37,050 bases of DNA, taken from a virus. Each line of letters begins with the position of its first letter. Within the stretch, counting starts at the first letter, position 1. This document shows, in pieces, positions 16,590-24,208 of this stretch. The stretch lies in IMG/VR virus record IMGVR_UViG_3300017613_000255. One strand, given 5' to 3'. Position numbers and translations under genes: made by a program. The notes under the pieces are model-generated. The model saw only the letters and a program-made list of their open reading frames with translations, did no database searches and had not been told where the DNA came from.

Positions 16590-17689
16590 TTCATAAGGTT
16601 CTTATATCAGATAGGGATTTCACAGCAGTTGCAGAGGTGCAGGATAAGATCAACAGCTTGAGGTGGGAGTATAACAGAATAGGCGGATGTGGTGCATTCA
16701 GCTTTAATGTGCAGAAAAGGTTTTGCAGGGAGATAGAGTTCGGCACAAACTTTAATGTAAAGATATATAGAAAGAACCTCACCACAGGGGATTATGACCT
16801 ATGGTATCAAGGCAGGATTGAGAACAAGGTTGCAAATGTCAAAGGGCAGAAAGAAGAAATCACCATAAAGGGCATGGGATACCAATCTGTCCTTTCTGAC
16901 ATTTATGTAGATACAGATTATTCTAGTAAGACGGTTGAGTATATTGTTGATGATATAATTGACACAGATGTAGTGCCTAATACTGATATTACAAAAGGCA
17001 CAATCTCAGCCACAGGATTTACAGCAGATACTTACGAGGTTAATACAGATGCTATGAGTGCAATCCAATCTCTAAGTGATTTGGCAGGAACAAGGGAGTG
17101 GGGTGTTGATGAGAACAGGGAGTTCTACTTTAAGGCAAGGTCATCAACTGTAGGGTTTGTGTATCCATTTGGCAGGAAGGTGCTAGGGTTTTCAACTGAT
17201 TCCTCTTATAAAGAGATGGTCAATAGAGTTATTGTAACAGGTGGTGATGTAGCAGGATCACCATTCAGCCGGATAGTTAATGATACATCTTCTCAAACTA
17301 AATATGGTAGGAGAGATAAGACAATCCAGAATAGTGCTATTGTTACCAATGATGTAGCAGATCAGTTTGGCAATGCTTTGCTGACAGAGTATAAGAGTGT
17401 TGTGAGAAGGGCAAAGATAGATATACTGGATGAGATAAGGATTGAAAGCACTATACCTATTCCTTTATTCCAGATGCGACCTAGAGGAACTAAGTGGGGT
17501 GAGAGGAAATGGGGAACTTTCCTGTGGAGTGGTTTAATTAACTACCAGGTGAACAGGATACAGTATAAACTAGACAACCAGAGCAACTTAACTATAAGCA
17601 TACAGCTAGGGCAGTTAAGGCCTAATATAGCAGAGAGCATAAATCAGTTAGAACATAAAATAGATCAAGTAAGACAACAGGGGGTTTGA
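16586..17689 (+). CDS. Tail hub / Tal-like baseplate protein
   Basis: The ATG at 16586 overlaps the Dit stop (ATGA). N-terminus LRWEYNRIGGCGAFSFNV. Third gene after the tape measure. Confidence 0.6.
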   Translation: MIHKVLISDRDFTAVAEVQDKINSLRWEYNRIGGCGAFSFNVQKRFCREIEFGTNFNVKIYRKNLTTGDYDLWYQGRIENKVANVKGQKEEITIKGMGYQSVLSDIYVDTDYSSKTVEYIVDDIIDTDVVPNTDITKGTISATGFTADTYEVNTDAMSAIQSLSDLAGTREWGVDENREFYFKARSSTVGFVYPFGRKVLGFSTDSSYKEMVNRVIVTGGDVAGSPFSRIVNDTSSQTKYGRRDKTIQNSAIVTNDVADQFGNALLTEYKSVVRRAKIDILDEIRIESTIPIPLFQMRPRGTKWGERKWGTFLWSGLINYQVNRIQYKLDNQSNLTISIQLGQLRPNIAESINQLEHKIDQVRQQGV

Positions 17690-17690
17690 G

Positions 17691-18431
17691 ATGGCGGCTA
17701 GTTATCCAGGTGCGAAAAAGACATATACAGATGAAGTTAATAAGGAAGATTTAGCTGATGCAGATGTAGTCAATTCCTTACAGGATGAGGTTGAGGCAAT
17801 AGAGGCAGAGTTAGGAACTGATCCTGCCGGTAGCTTGACAGATGTTACCACACGACTTGCTGTGATGATGGCTGATAATGGTTCTCTACAGCAAGGCACA
17901 TCATTCCCTGGCACACCTGTTGATGGGCAGATATTCTACAGGACAGATGAGAATACTGTTTATGTTTACAATGGTTCATCATGGGATAGTCAAGGTCAAT
18001 CTTTATCGAATGTAATTTATGAATGGCATGGTTCATATACTGCTCAAGGTTCAGATTCCGGCTTATATATAGGAACAAGTTTGACACCTGCGGCTATTAC
18101 AACTGATTATATGTTTATTATTACAGAAGCCACAAGTGCCACCACCTATCTAACAGGTAAGTTCTATAAAGTTGCAGGTATCAATACTATCAGTATCCAT
18201 GCTAATATTTGGCAGGAAGCAGGTGGCAATACTGTAACCTGCACAGTTGATATTGGTGGGGAGAGTAATACAGTTACTAATACAGGTGAAACTGCTCCGG
18301 CATGGGCAACAGCAGATACTATTGATGTTTCTGGTTTAACTGATACAACACTTTATGATATTGCTATTAAGTTGCATACAGCATCTAATATTGAAGCGTA
18401 TCTTGGTGCAATAATGTTGATCGCAAGTTAA
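17691..18431 (+). CDS. Tail fibre / receptor-binding protein
   Basis: N-terminal YPGAKKTYTD...LQDEVEAIEAELGTDPAGS and DGQIFYRTDENTVYVYNGSSW are common phage fibre motifs. Confidence 0.7.
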   Translation: MAASYPGAKKTYTDEVNKEDLADADVVNSLQDEVEAIEAELGTDPAGSLTDVTTRLAVMMADNGSLQQGTSFPGTPVDGQIFYRTDENTVYVYNGSSWDSQGQSLSNVIYEWHGSYTAQGSDSGLYIGTSLTPAAITTDYMFIITEATSATTYLTGKFYKVAGINTISIHANIWQEAGGNTVTCTVDIGGESNTVTNTGETAPAWATADTIDVSGLTDTTLYDIAIKLHTASNIEAYLGAIMLIAS

Positions 18432-18446
18432 ACAAAGGGGGAAGAA

Positions 18447-18713
18447 ATGAAAAAAGTTGTTGTGTTGTTGATGTTGGTGTTCTTGTTTGCAGGGGTAGCA
18501 CAGGCGAAAACTCTCAAGGAAGCATTGAATGAAATGACCATTGAAGGCACATCTGAGGGAACAAGGAATGCGGTTGAGAAAGCAGGGGATGGTGCAGTTG
18601 TGGTTGTTAAGGTTGTAGCTGATGGTGTAAAGCATACTGCATATTATTTAGTCAAGGGTGTGCTTCATGCTGTTGCTACACCGTTCTATTGGCTAGAAAA
18701 GGTGGCTAAATGA
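18447..18713 (+). CDS. Small secreted protein
   Basis: Signal peptide MKKVVVLLMLVFLFAGVAQA-KT. Confidence 0.6.
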   Translation: MKKVVVLLMLVFLFAGVAQAKTLKEALNEMTIEGTSEGTRNAVEKAGDGAVVVVKVVADGVKHTAYYLVKGVLHAVATPFYWLEKVAK

Positions 18714-18991
18714 AAAAAGGTGAAGTATTATTTATCATATCGTTACTGATCCCAATGATTCCTGCATTCTTAATGGGAAGGGCAGGTCATGGGTATTATT
18801 ACTTTTATACACTACTGACATTCTACACCTGCTTTGGTGTTCTGGAATATCTGTCAGTCAAGCAAAGAAGCAGAAGTATATCACAGGATTTAGGTAGGTT
18901 GCATGATGACAAACCTGTTATCTTTTGGGCGATCTGCATAACTTACTTGGCGATGTCTATTGGATTAGTGATCCATTGGACAGCCATGTAA
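18710..18991 (+). CDS. Three-TM membrane protein, holin-like
   Basis: Three hydrophobic segments in 93 aa. ATGA overlap with the upstream gene. End of the late operon. Confidence 0.5.
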   Translation: MKKGEVLFIISLLIPMIPAFLMGRAGHGYYYFYTLLTFYTCFGVLEYLSVKQRSRSISQDLGRLHDDKPVIFWAICITYLAMSIGLVIHWTAM

Positions 18992-19008
18992 AATAAGGAG
19001 AGAATCAA

Positions 19009-19197
19009 ATGTTAGAAAAAATTGGACAATGGTTACAAGGAAAGAAAACCTACATCACAGCAATTATTGTTGGTGTAACAGCAGTCCTGGAGTTTTATGG
19101 GATAGCAATTCCTGATGTTGTTTGGGGAATATTAGCGGCACTTGGGTTAGGTTCAGTTAGAAGTGCTATTAACAAACCAACACCACCGGCAGGTTAA
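19009..19197 (+). CDS. Two-TM membrane protein, holin-like
   Basis: 62 aa with two hydrophobic helices. SD AAGGAG. Confidence 0.5.
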   Translation: MLEKIGQWLQGKKTYITAIIVGVTAVLEFYGIAIPDVVWGILAALGLGSVRSAINKPTPPAG

Positions 19198-19199
19198 TC

Positions 19200-19427
19200 A
19201 TGCCAGGTGCAGTAGAATCAATAGCCAATGCAATTACTGAAGGGTTCAAACTCTTAAAAGCAGTTTTGGATACTGCTGAAGTCAGGAGAATGCGGAAAGC
19301 TATTGATGCAGGTGAGCAGTATATATTAGTGAAGTCAGAAGATGGGCAGTATGAGGGGATCACCCCTGAGAGGAAGAAGAAATTACTTGCCCACTTCAGA
19401 AAAAGGTTCTTTCACTATAACAATTAG
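19200..19427 (+). CDS. Hypothetical basic protein
   Basis: 75-aa ORF, last gene before the terminator. Confidence 0.5.
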   Translation: MPGAVESIANAITEGFKLLKAVLDTAEVRRMRKAIDAGEQYILVKSEDGQYEGITPERKKKLLAHFRKRFFHYNN

Positions 19428-19444
19428 GAGCATCTTCTCTATAT

Positions 19445-19496
19445 AAGGGTGTCATTTGTATCTCAAATGAGGTATATTTGATGCCCTTCTTTTTTG
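19445..19496 (+). terminator. Candidate intrinsic terminator ending the late operon
   Basis: AAGGGTG(TCA)...(TGA)TGCCCTT outer stem with an inner hairpin TCATTTG/CAAATGA, followed by CTTTTTT. Confidence 0.5.
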
Positions 19497-19506
19497 ATAA
19501 TAATTG

Positions 19507-19534
19507 TTGACAAGTGTATACGATATGCTATACT
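19507..19534 (+). promoter_or_regulatory. Sigma70-type promoter P1 (TTGACA, 16 nt, TGcTATACT)
   Basis: Consensus -35 at 19507..19512. Extended -10 at 19526..19534. T-rich upstream tract. Confidence 0.7.
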
Positions 19535-19542
19535 TGTATACA
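19515..19542 (+). promoter_or_regulatory. Two TGTATAC(A/G) palindromic boxes bracketing the -10 of P1, candidate operator
   Basis: GTATAC occurs at 19516..19521 and 19536..19541, 20 bp centre to centre. The boxes lie immediately upstream of the RHH gene. Confidence 0.5.
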
Positions 19543-19568
19543 GAGGTTAAGGAAAGGGGGTAAACGGA

Positions 19569-19709
19569 ATGAAAACAAAGATAGTATCATTCAGAATCAG
19601 CACAGAGGAAAAGAAGGAATTAGAGGAAGCACAGAAGAAACTAGGGTTTCCAAATCTTTCTAAGTTTGTGATGTTCTTGTGGCAAAGATTGAAAGGAGAA
19701 ATAAAATGA
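19569..19709 (+). CDS. Ribbon-helix-helix (Arc/CopG-like) transcriptional regulator, 46 aa, not in the supplied track
   Basis: MKTKIVSFRISTEEKKELEEAQKKLGFPNLSKFVMFLWQRLKGEIK reads as beta-strand, helix, helix. SD AAGGAAAGGGGG. The stop overlaps the next ATG (ATGA). Confidence 0.7.
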   Translation: MKTKIVSFRISTEEKKELEEAQKKLGFPNLSKFVMFLWQRLKGEIK

Positions 19710-19939
19710 GAAAGCAAAGACCTGGGATATTAGAGAGGATAACTGATGTTATCATAAGGATATTCAGGCACTTTGTAGGAACTGTTTTTGTATGCCTTCT
19801 TGCCTGTTATCTTGTAGCAGGGTTAGATGTGAAATTTTCATCTACAAAAGCCAATGTTAAGATTGAAGAAACAGGCAGTAAGTTTAAGAAGTTGGAAGGT
19901 GTTGTCAAGATCGCTAAATTAATCAAACCATTATTCTAA
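19706..19939 (+). CDS. Small single-TM membrane protein
   Basis: ATG at 19706 in the frame of listed ORF 19679. TM segment FVGTVFVCLLACYLVAGL. Confidence 0.55.
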   Translation: MRKQRPGILERITDVIIRIFRHFVGTVFVCLLACYLVAGLDVKFSSTKANVKIEETGSKFKKLEGVVKIAKLIKPLF

Positions 19940-19951
19940 AAGGGGGGTGTC

Positions 19952-20368
19952 ATGGATCAGCATGAAAAGTTTTACATCATAGCATCAACCGTAACATCAT
20001 TATTACTGCTTCTAGCGTTCTGTGTTACTTCATGTCAGGCAGAGATCAAAGAGGAAACTGCTGTGAGATGTATCATAGGTGAAGCGGCTAACCAGGGGTA
20101 TCGTGGGATGTTGGCACTTGCATCAGGGTTGAGGAATCGTGGCACAACAAAGGGTGTGTATGGATGCAAGGCAAAGTTTGTTGATAGCGAACCTCAATGG
20201 GTGTGGAGTCAGGCAAGAAAGGCATGGCGTGAATCTTATATTAACCGAGTGCATGATGGCACTCATTGGGAGAACATTCAAGAGTTCGGCACACCTTGGT
20301 GGGCAAAGAATATGGTTAAAGTTTATTGGTATCAGGATCATGTGTTCTACAAGGAAAGGGGGAAGTGA
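19952..20368 (+). CDS. Exported SleB-type cell wall hydrolase (likely endolysin) with N-terminal signal, signal-anchor or lipobox
   Basis: CIIGEAANQGYRGMLALASGLRNR...HWENIQEFGTPWWAKNM...HVFY matches the Hydrolase_2/SleB pattern. N-terminus FYIIASTVTSLLLLLAFCVTSC. Confidence 0.75.
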   Translation: MDQHEKFYIIASTVTSLLLLLAFCVTSCQAEIKEETAVRCIIGEAANQGYRGMLALASGLRNRGTTKGVYGCKAKFVDSEPQWVWSQARKAWRESYINRVHDGTHWENIQEFGTPWWAKNMVKVYWYQDHVFYKERGK

Positions 20369-20550
20369 TGACAGAAGATGCCTATACATTCATTATGCGG
20401 CAGGTCAATGAGGTGCTTGGTGATACCTCAACACAGCCGACAAAGGAGCAGAAGGTTGATGAGTTGGTCGTGCATTATAACAGTGTGTTGTTAGATATGG
20501 ATGATGAGGAATTAGAGAATGAGTATCAAGATAAAATTGGGGGGGTGTAA
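20368..20550 (+). CDS. Small acidic hypothetical protein
   Basis: The ATG at 20368 overlaps the hydrolase stop, in the frame of listed ORF 20326. Confidence 0.5.
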   Translation: MTEDAYTFIMRQVNEVLGDTSTQPTKEQKVDELVVHYNSVLLDMDDEELENEYQDKIGGV

Positions 20551-20789
20551 TGTATGCCATTAAAACTTATGATATCAGAGATCAAGTAACAGTTTGGGAG
20601 AGGCCTGGAGCAACCATGTTCACAGAGTATGGCATGGTAACATATAGGGAGTGGTGCAAACTTGAGTGCCGGAGATTAGGAATCAGGAACAAGTATAAAT
20701 ACTTTATCAAGGAAAAAACTTTAACCGATAGAAAGAACATAGCAATATTCAGAAAGGAGAAAAAGAAATGCAAAAAACAGAAATCATAA
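20550..20789 (+). CDS. Small basic hypothetical protein
   Basis: 79-aa ORF with SD GGGGGGGTG. Confidence 0.55.
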   Translation: MYAIKTYDIRDQVTVWERPGATMFTEYGMVTYREWCKLECRRLGIRNKYKYFIKEKTLTDRKNIAIFRKEKKKCKKQKS

Positions 20790-21412
20790 CTGAGTTGGCT
20801 GTGGCCTTGCACAAGGCACAGCAAGGGTTGAACCTTGCAAAGAAGGACAAAAAGAATCAATTTTTCAAATCATCCTATGCTGATCTCAGGAGTGTGTGGG
20901 AAACCTGTAAGAAACCATTGGGTGATAATAACCTAGCAGTTATCCAAACAATGGGGTTTGACAATGGGCATCATTATGTAGAAACCATGTTGCTCCACAC
21001 ATCAGGTCAATACATTATGGGTGTGCAGAAGTTGGAACTGACTAAGGTGGATATGCAGGGGATAGGATCAGCAGTAACTTATGCTAGAAGGTATGGGTTA
21101 ATGGCTATCTTGGGTATCTGCCCTGAAGATGACGATGCAGAGGGTGCTGTAGTGCATGAGAAGCAACAAGCACCGGCATCTAAACCACCTGCAATCAAGT
21201 CAGGCAAGAAGGTTATTACAGAGAAGCAGGGTAAGAGGTTGATCGCTATTGCTGTAGCTAATGGTTTTACAAGGGAGTTAATCAAGGACTACATCTTGCA
21301 TAAATATCAGATTGAGCATCTGAGGGATATACCTATGGACATCTATGATGATGTGGTGAAACATTTTGAAGCTAAACCAGAACCACCTGCACCAGAAGGA
21401 TGGGAAGAATGA
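20768..21412 (+). CDS. erf: ERF-family single-strand annealing recombinase
   Basis: ALHKAQQGL...KKNQFFKSSYADLRSVWE...LLHTSGQ...GSAVTYARRYGLMAILGI..EDDD. Confidence 0.85.
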   Translation: MQKTEIITELAVALHKAQQGLNLAKKDKKNQFFKSSYADLRSVWETCKKPLGDNNLAVIQTMGFDNGHHYVETMLLHTSGQYIMGVQKLELTKVDMQGIGSAVTYARRYGLMAILGICPEDDDAEGAVVHEKQQAPASKPPAIKSGKKVITEKQGKRLIAIAVANGFTRELIKDYILHKYQIEHLRDIPMDIYDDVVKHFEAKPEPPAPEGWEE

Positions 21413-22053
21413 AAAAAGCCAAAGCACATGTGAGATACAAGGACAAGAAAGGCAGTATTGTTCCTGGTGTTACCACCATCTGTGGCATCCTCAACAAACC
21501 TGCTCTCGTGAGGTGGGCAAACAATCTTGGGTTGCAGGGCATTGACTCATCCAAGTATGTTAGTGAGTTAGCAGATATAGGCACACTTGCTCATTACATG
21601 ATTCAATGCCATCTACAGAAAACAAAACCTGATCCATCTGACTACTCAGCGAACCAGATTGACAAGGCAGAAAACGCTTTCTTGAAATACTTGGAGTGGG
21701 AGAAGCATCAAGACCTGCAAGTAATTTTCTGTGAGGAAATGTTGATCCATGAGGAATTGGGTTATGGTGGCACAGTTGATTTATACTGCATTCTCAATGG
21801 TAAGAAAACATTGGTTGATTTTAAAACATCAAAAGGCATATTCCCTGAACACTTTTTGCAGGTAGCCGGGGGATACAAACCTTTGCTGTCAGCTAATGGA
21901 CTTCTGGTCGAGGATTGCAAGATACTCAAGATTGGCAGGGATGAATCTGAGGGGTTTGATTGCCATAGCATACCCAACCAGAGAGAATATAAGAGGATGT
22001 TTGCTCATTGTCTACTGATGTATAAACTGAAAAAGAAGATAGGGTGGAAATAA
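21400..22053 (+). CDS. PD-(D/E)XK (RecB/Cas4-like) exonuclease, recombination partner (alternative ATGA start at 21409)
   Basis: GTLAHY..., GGTVDLYC...LVDFKTSKG (D...DxK), QVAGY (QxxxY). Confidence 0.7.
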   Translation: MGRMKKAKAHVRYKDKKGSIVPGVTTICGILNKPALVRWANNLGLQGIDSSKYVSELADIGTLAHYMIQCHLQKTKPDPSDYSANQIDKAENAFLKYLEWEKHQDLQVIFCEEMLIHEELGYGGTVDLYCILNGKKTLVDFKTSKGIFPEHFLQVAGGYKPLLSANGLLVEDCKILKIGRDESEGFDCHSIPNQREYKRMFAHCLLMYKLKKKIGWK

Positions 22054-22057
22054 TTGC

Positions 22058-22085
22058 TTGACAGTATGGTTTAATTTGTTAAAAT
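22058..22085 (+). promoter_or_regulatory. Sigma70-type promoter P2 (TTGACA, 16 nt, TGtTAAAAT)
   Basis: Consensus -35 at 22058..22063. Extended -10 at 22077..22085. It starts 5 nt after the exonuclease stop. Confidence 0.7.
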
Positions 22086-22090
22086 ATTAG

Positions 22091-22179
22091 ACATGAAAAA
22101 GTGGGGGAACTAAAGTGTCGGTAAAAATAAAACAAAAAGAATGAATAGAAATAGCCAAGACAAGTGTCTTGGTTTTTTT
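22091..22179 (+). ncRNA. Candidate small RNA of about 89 nt, or terminated leader transcript from P2
   Basis: The predicted start is about 7 nt after the -10 and the transcript would end at the intrinsic terminator 22155..22179. It contains no SD-preceded ORF. Confidence 0.4.
22155..22179 (+). terminator. Intrinsic terminator (CCAAGAC-AAGT-GTCTTGG followed by T7)
   Basis: Perfect 7-bp stem, tetraloop and seven Ts, read directly. Confidence 0.75.
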
Positions 22180-22180
22180 G

Positions 22181-22237
22181 TGCCTGGTTTCCCCCACAGG
22201 AATTAAATGATTACCGTCAGCCAGGCATTTTCTTTTT
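22181..22237 (+). terminator. Second terminator-like hairpin (TGCCTGG ... CCAGGCA followed by TTTTCTTTTT) with a 33-nt loop
   Basis: 7-bp inverted repeat followed by a T-rich tract. The loop carries TTCCCCCAC, complementary to GTGGGGGAA at 22101..22109. Confidence 0.35.
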
Positions 22238-22248
22238 GGGGGTGAATA

Positions 22249-22740
22249 TTGGATAGGAGTAGAGTATTCAAAGAACTTTATGCAGATGAGTGGAAGCCAA
22301 GTAATAAAAGAGAATTAATGGTGAGAAACTTATTTGAAAGACATAAAATAAAAATTCAAAAATATGGTTTTATGGCACAATCAGATCAATACACAAATAT
22401 GACATCTGGTGATCCTGGTAAATCTGACTTCCTGATTAGATATAATAATCAGGATTTTTTATTGGAAGTAACCGGCACAGATTCGGAGAGGGTAAAACCA
22501 GAATATGATATTTGGATAAGACCTGACAAAATCATATATGCTAAAAGAAGTGGATTGCTTGGTTTTGTTGCCCATGTCTTAACGGCAAAGGATTTAATTA
22601 GATTTGTGTATATGAACCGATTGGATGAGAGTAAAACAATTTGCAGGAATTTAAGGGGTGTAGAAGAATATTATGTTCCTGTGCATCCAAGTCATGCAAT
22701 TAATTTTGAGGAACTTATAAAATGCCTAGAAAAAGAATGA
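22249..22740 (+). CDS. Hypothetical protein, possible VRR-NUC / PD-(D/E)XK-like nuclease fold
   Basis: TTG start after GGGGGTGAATA. GDPGKSDFLIRYNNQDFLLEVTG resembles G.PDfl....vEvK, with Lys replaced by Thr. Tentative. Confidence 0.3.
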   Translation: MDRSRVFKELYADEWKPSNKRELMVRNLFERHKIKIQKYGFMAQSDQYTNMTSGDPGKSDFLIRYNNQDFLLEVTGTDSERVKPEYDIWIRPDKIIYAKRSGLLGFVAHVLTAKDLIRFVYMNRLDESKTICRNLRGVEEYYVPVHPSHAINFEELIKCLEKE

Positions 22741-23408
22741 TTGATCCTGAGTTCTGGAGTGATGAGGAAATTGGAAATTGGAGTGCTGAAGCAAGGTTAT
22801 TCTACATTGGATTGTGGAATTTTGCTGATGATGAGGGTCGGTTCAAGGCACATCCGAAGTTGTTAAAAAGCCAGATTTTCCCTTATTCTGACAGGATCAG
22901 CATTGAGAAGCTGTTGCAGGAGATAAATGGCAAGGTTTTGCTGTATGAATCTAATGGAAGTAGGTATGGGTATTTACCTAACTTCTTGAAGCATCAAAGG
23001 ATAGACCATCCAAGCAACTCAAAATTACCTGCTCCAAGAACATTCACAGAGGATTCAGGGAAGGTTCAGGGAACTATCCCCCCTAATATAATAGAAGTTA
23101 AGTTAAGAGAATATAAGATAAGTGCATCAAACTTCTCTGAGGTGTGGAGTAAATACCCTAACAGAGTTGGTAGGAAGGAAGCTGAAAGGCATTTCTTTGC
23201 ATCAGTAAAAACCAAGCAGGATTTAGCCAATATCAACAAGGCATTGGATAACTACCTTAAAACCAAGAAGGTTGCTCAGGGGTTCATCAAGAATGGATCA
23301 ACCTGGTTTAATAATTGGCAGGATTATACTAACTATCAAGAACCTAAAACAAAGGAAGAACAGGATGGAGAAGCCACAAAGTCTTTTTTCCGTAATGACA
23401 AATCGTAA
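22722..23408 (+). CDS. Putative replication initiator / replisome organiser (alternative ATGA start at 22737)
   Basis: N-terminus MIDPEFWSDEEI...ARLFYIGLWNFADDEGRF and C-terminus FSEVWSKYPNRVGRKEAERHF are patterns common in phage replication-organiser proteins. Confidence 0.5.
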   Translation: MPRKRMIDPEFWSDEEIGNWSAEARLFYIGLWNFADDEGRFKAHPKLLKSQIFPYSDRISIEKLLQEINGKVLLYESNGSRYGYLPNFLKHQRIDHPSNSKLPAPRTFTEDSGKVQGTIPPNIIEVKLREYKISASNFSEVWSKYPNRVGRKEAERHFFASVKTKQDLANINKALDNYLKTKKVAQGFIKNGSTWFNNWQDYTNYQEPKTKEEQDGEATKSFFRNDKS

Positions 23409-23733
23409 GCCACAGCCAATTGAGCCGCCACCTGATGAGTTGGTTAGCTATCGCAATTCCACTCAATATGCAAAGGATAAAGCTATTGATGCAGGGTTTT
23501 TTCAGCAACAGTTCATAGAAGCATATCTTGACAAGAAATGGAAAGCTGAGTTGTATAACAGAGATACATTGATTTGGTTATGCACAATATACAAGGAAGA
23601 AGTGGATCATGAGAAATTAGATAAGATAAGAAAGAAGGCAGATGAGTTTAAGTCGTTCATTAACAGGTATAATCATCCGTATAGGGCATTAATATTTGAT
23701 TATAGAAAATATGGCATATGGCAAATTACATAA
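23365..23733 (+). CDS. Hypothetical protein (alternative start 23395)
   Basis: ATG at 23365 after AAGGAAG, in the frame of listed ORF 23272. Confidence 0.5.
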   Translation: MEKPQSLFSVMTNRKPQPIEPPPDELVSYRNSTQYAKDKAIDAGFFQQQFIEAYLDKKWKAELYNRDTLIWLCTIYKEEVDHEKLDKIRKKADEFKSFINRYNHPYRALIFDYRKYGIWQIT

Positions 23734-24059
23734 GGTTCAAGAAGAACAAATTTAATGCTGTTAGATCAAAATGCAAGAGTGGGCATTATCATCCAAGCAA
23801 GTTAGAAGCAGGGTATTGCGACCATCTCTTACACCTCAAAAAAAATAAACAGATCAAAGATTATGAAATCCAAAAGAAATTTGCATTTGCTGTCAATAGC
23901 ATCCATATATGCAACCATTATGTTGATTTCCTGGTGCATACAAATAGTGGTTCTATTGAGGTGCATGAAACAAAAGGCAGGGAAACTGATTTGTGGAGAA
24001 TAAAGCACCGGCTGTTCAAAGCTATTTATGAAGATATACCATACTATATAGTCAAATGA
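23718..24059 (+). CDS. DUF1064-type PD-(D/E)XK endonuclease (putative recombination or junction-resolving nuclease)
   Basis: SKLEAGYCDHLLHLKKNKQIKDYEIQKKF...YVDFLVH...IEVHETKGRETDLWRIKHRLF. Confidence 0.65.
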   Translation: MANYIRFKKNKFNAVRSKCKSGHYHPSKLEAGYCDHLLHLKKNKQIKDYEIQKKFAFAVNSIHICNHYVDFLVHTNSGSIEVHETKGRETDLWRIKHRLFKAIYEDIPYYIVK

Positions 24060-24094
24060 TTAAATGGAAGAAAAAGAGGGGTGGCAGGAGAAAG

Positions 24095-24208
24095 GTGAGT
24101 AAGAAACATATCTGGAGAAAATTACCAATCCCTAAATCAAGTGGATGCTGTTATGTATATTGCCGGAGTGCCACAGGAGCAAGTTACCTACAGAATGTGA
24201 TGAGATGA
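24095..24208 (+). CDS. Possible 37-aa Cys-rich peptide ORF (GTG start), not in the supplied track
   Basis: AGGAG lies 4 nt before the GTG. The stop overlaps the ATG at 24205 (ATGA). Sequence ...SSGCCYVYCRS.... Confidence 0.25.
   Translation: MSKKHIWRKLPIPKSSGCCYVYCRSATGASYLQNVMR

Noticed and set aside
22093-22206. Mini-ORFs in the P2 leader (MKKWGN at 22093..22113; a 21-aa ORF at 22141..22206) considered as leader peptides
   Set aside because: Neither has an SD, and the second runs through the terminator hairpin. The first could only be translated as a leaderless message, which I cannot support from sequence alone.
22054-22248. Intergenic region considered as an attP site, a tRNA-like element or a replication origin
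   Set aside because: No integrase is present, no cloverleaf can be drawn and no iterons are visible. Promoter and terminator elements explain the structure better.
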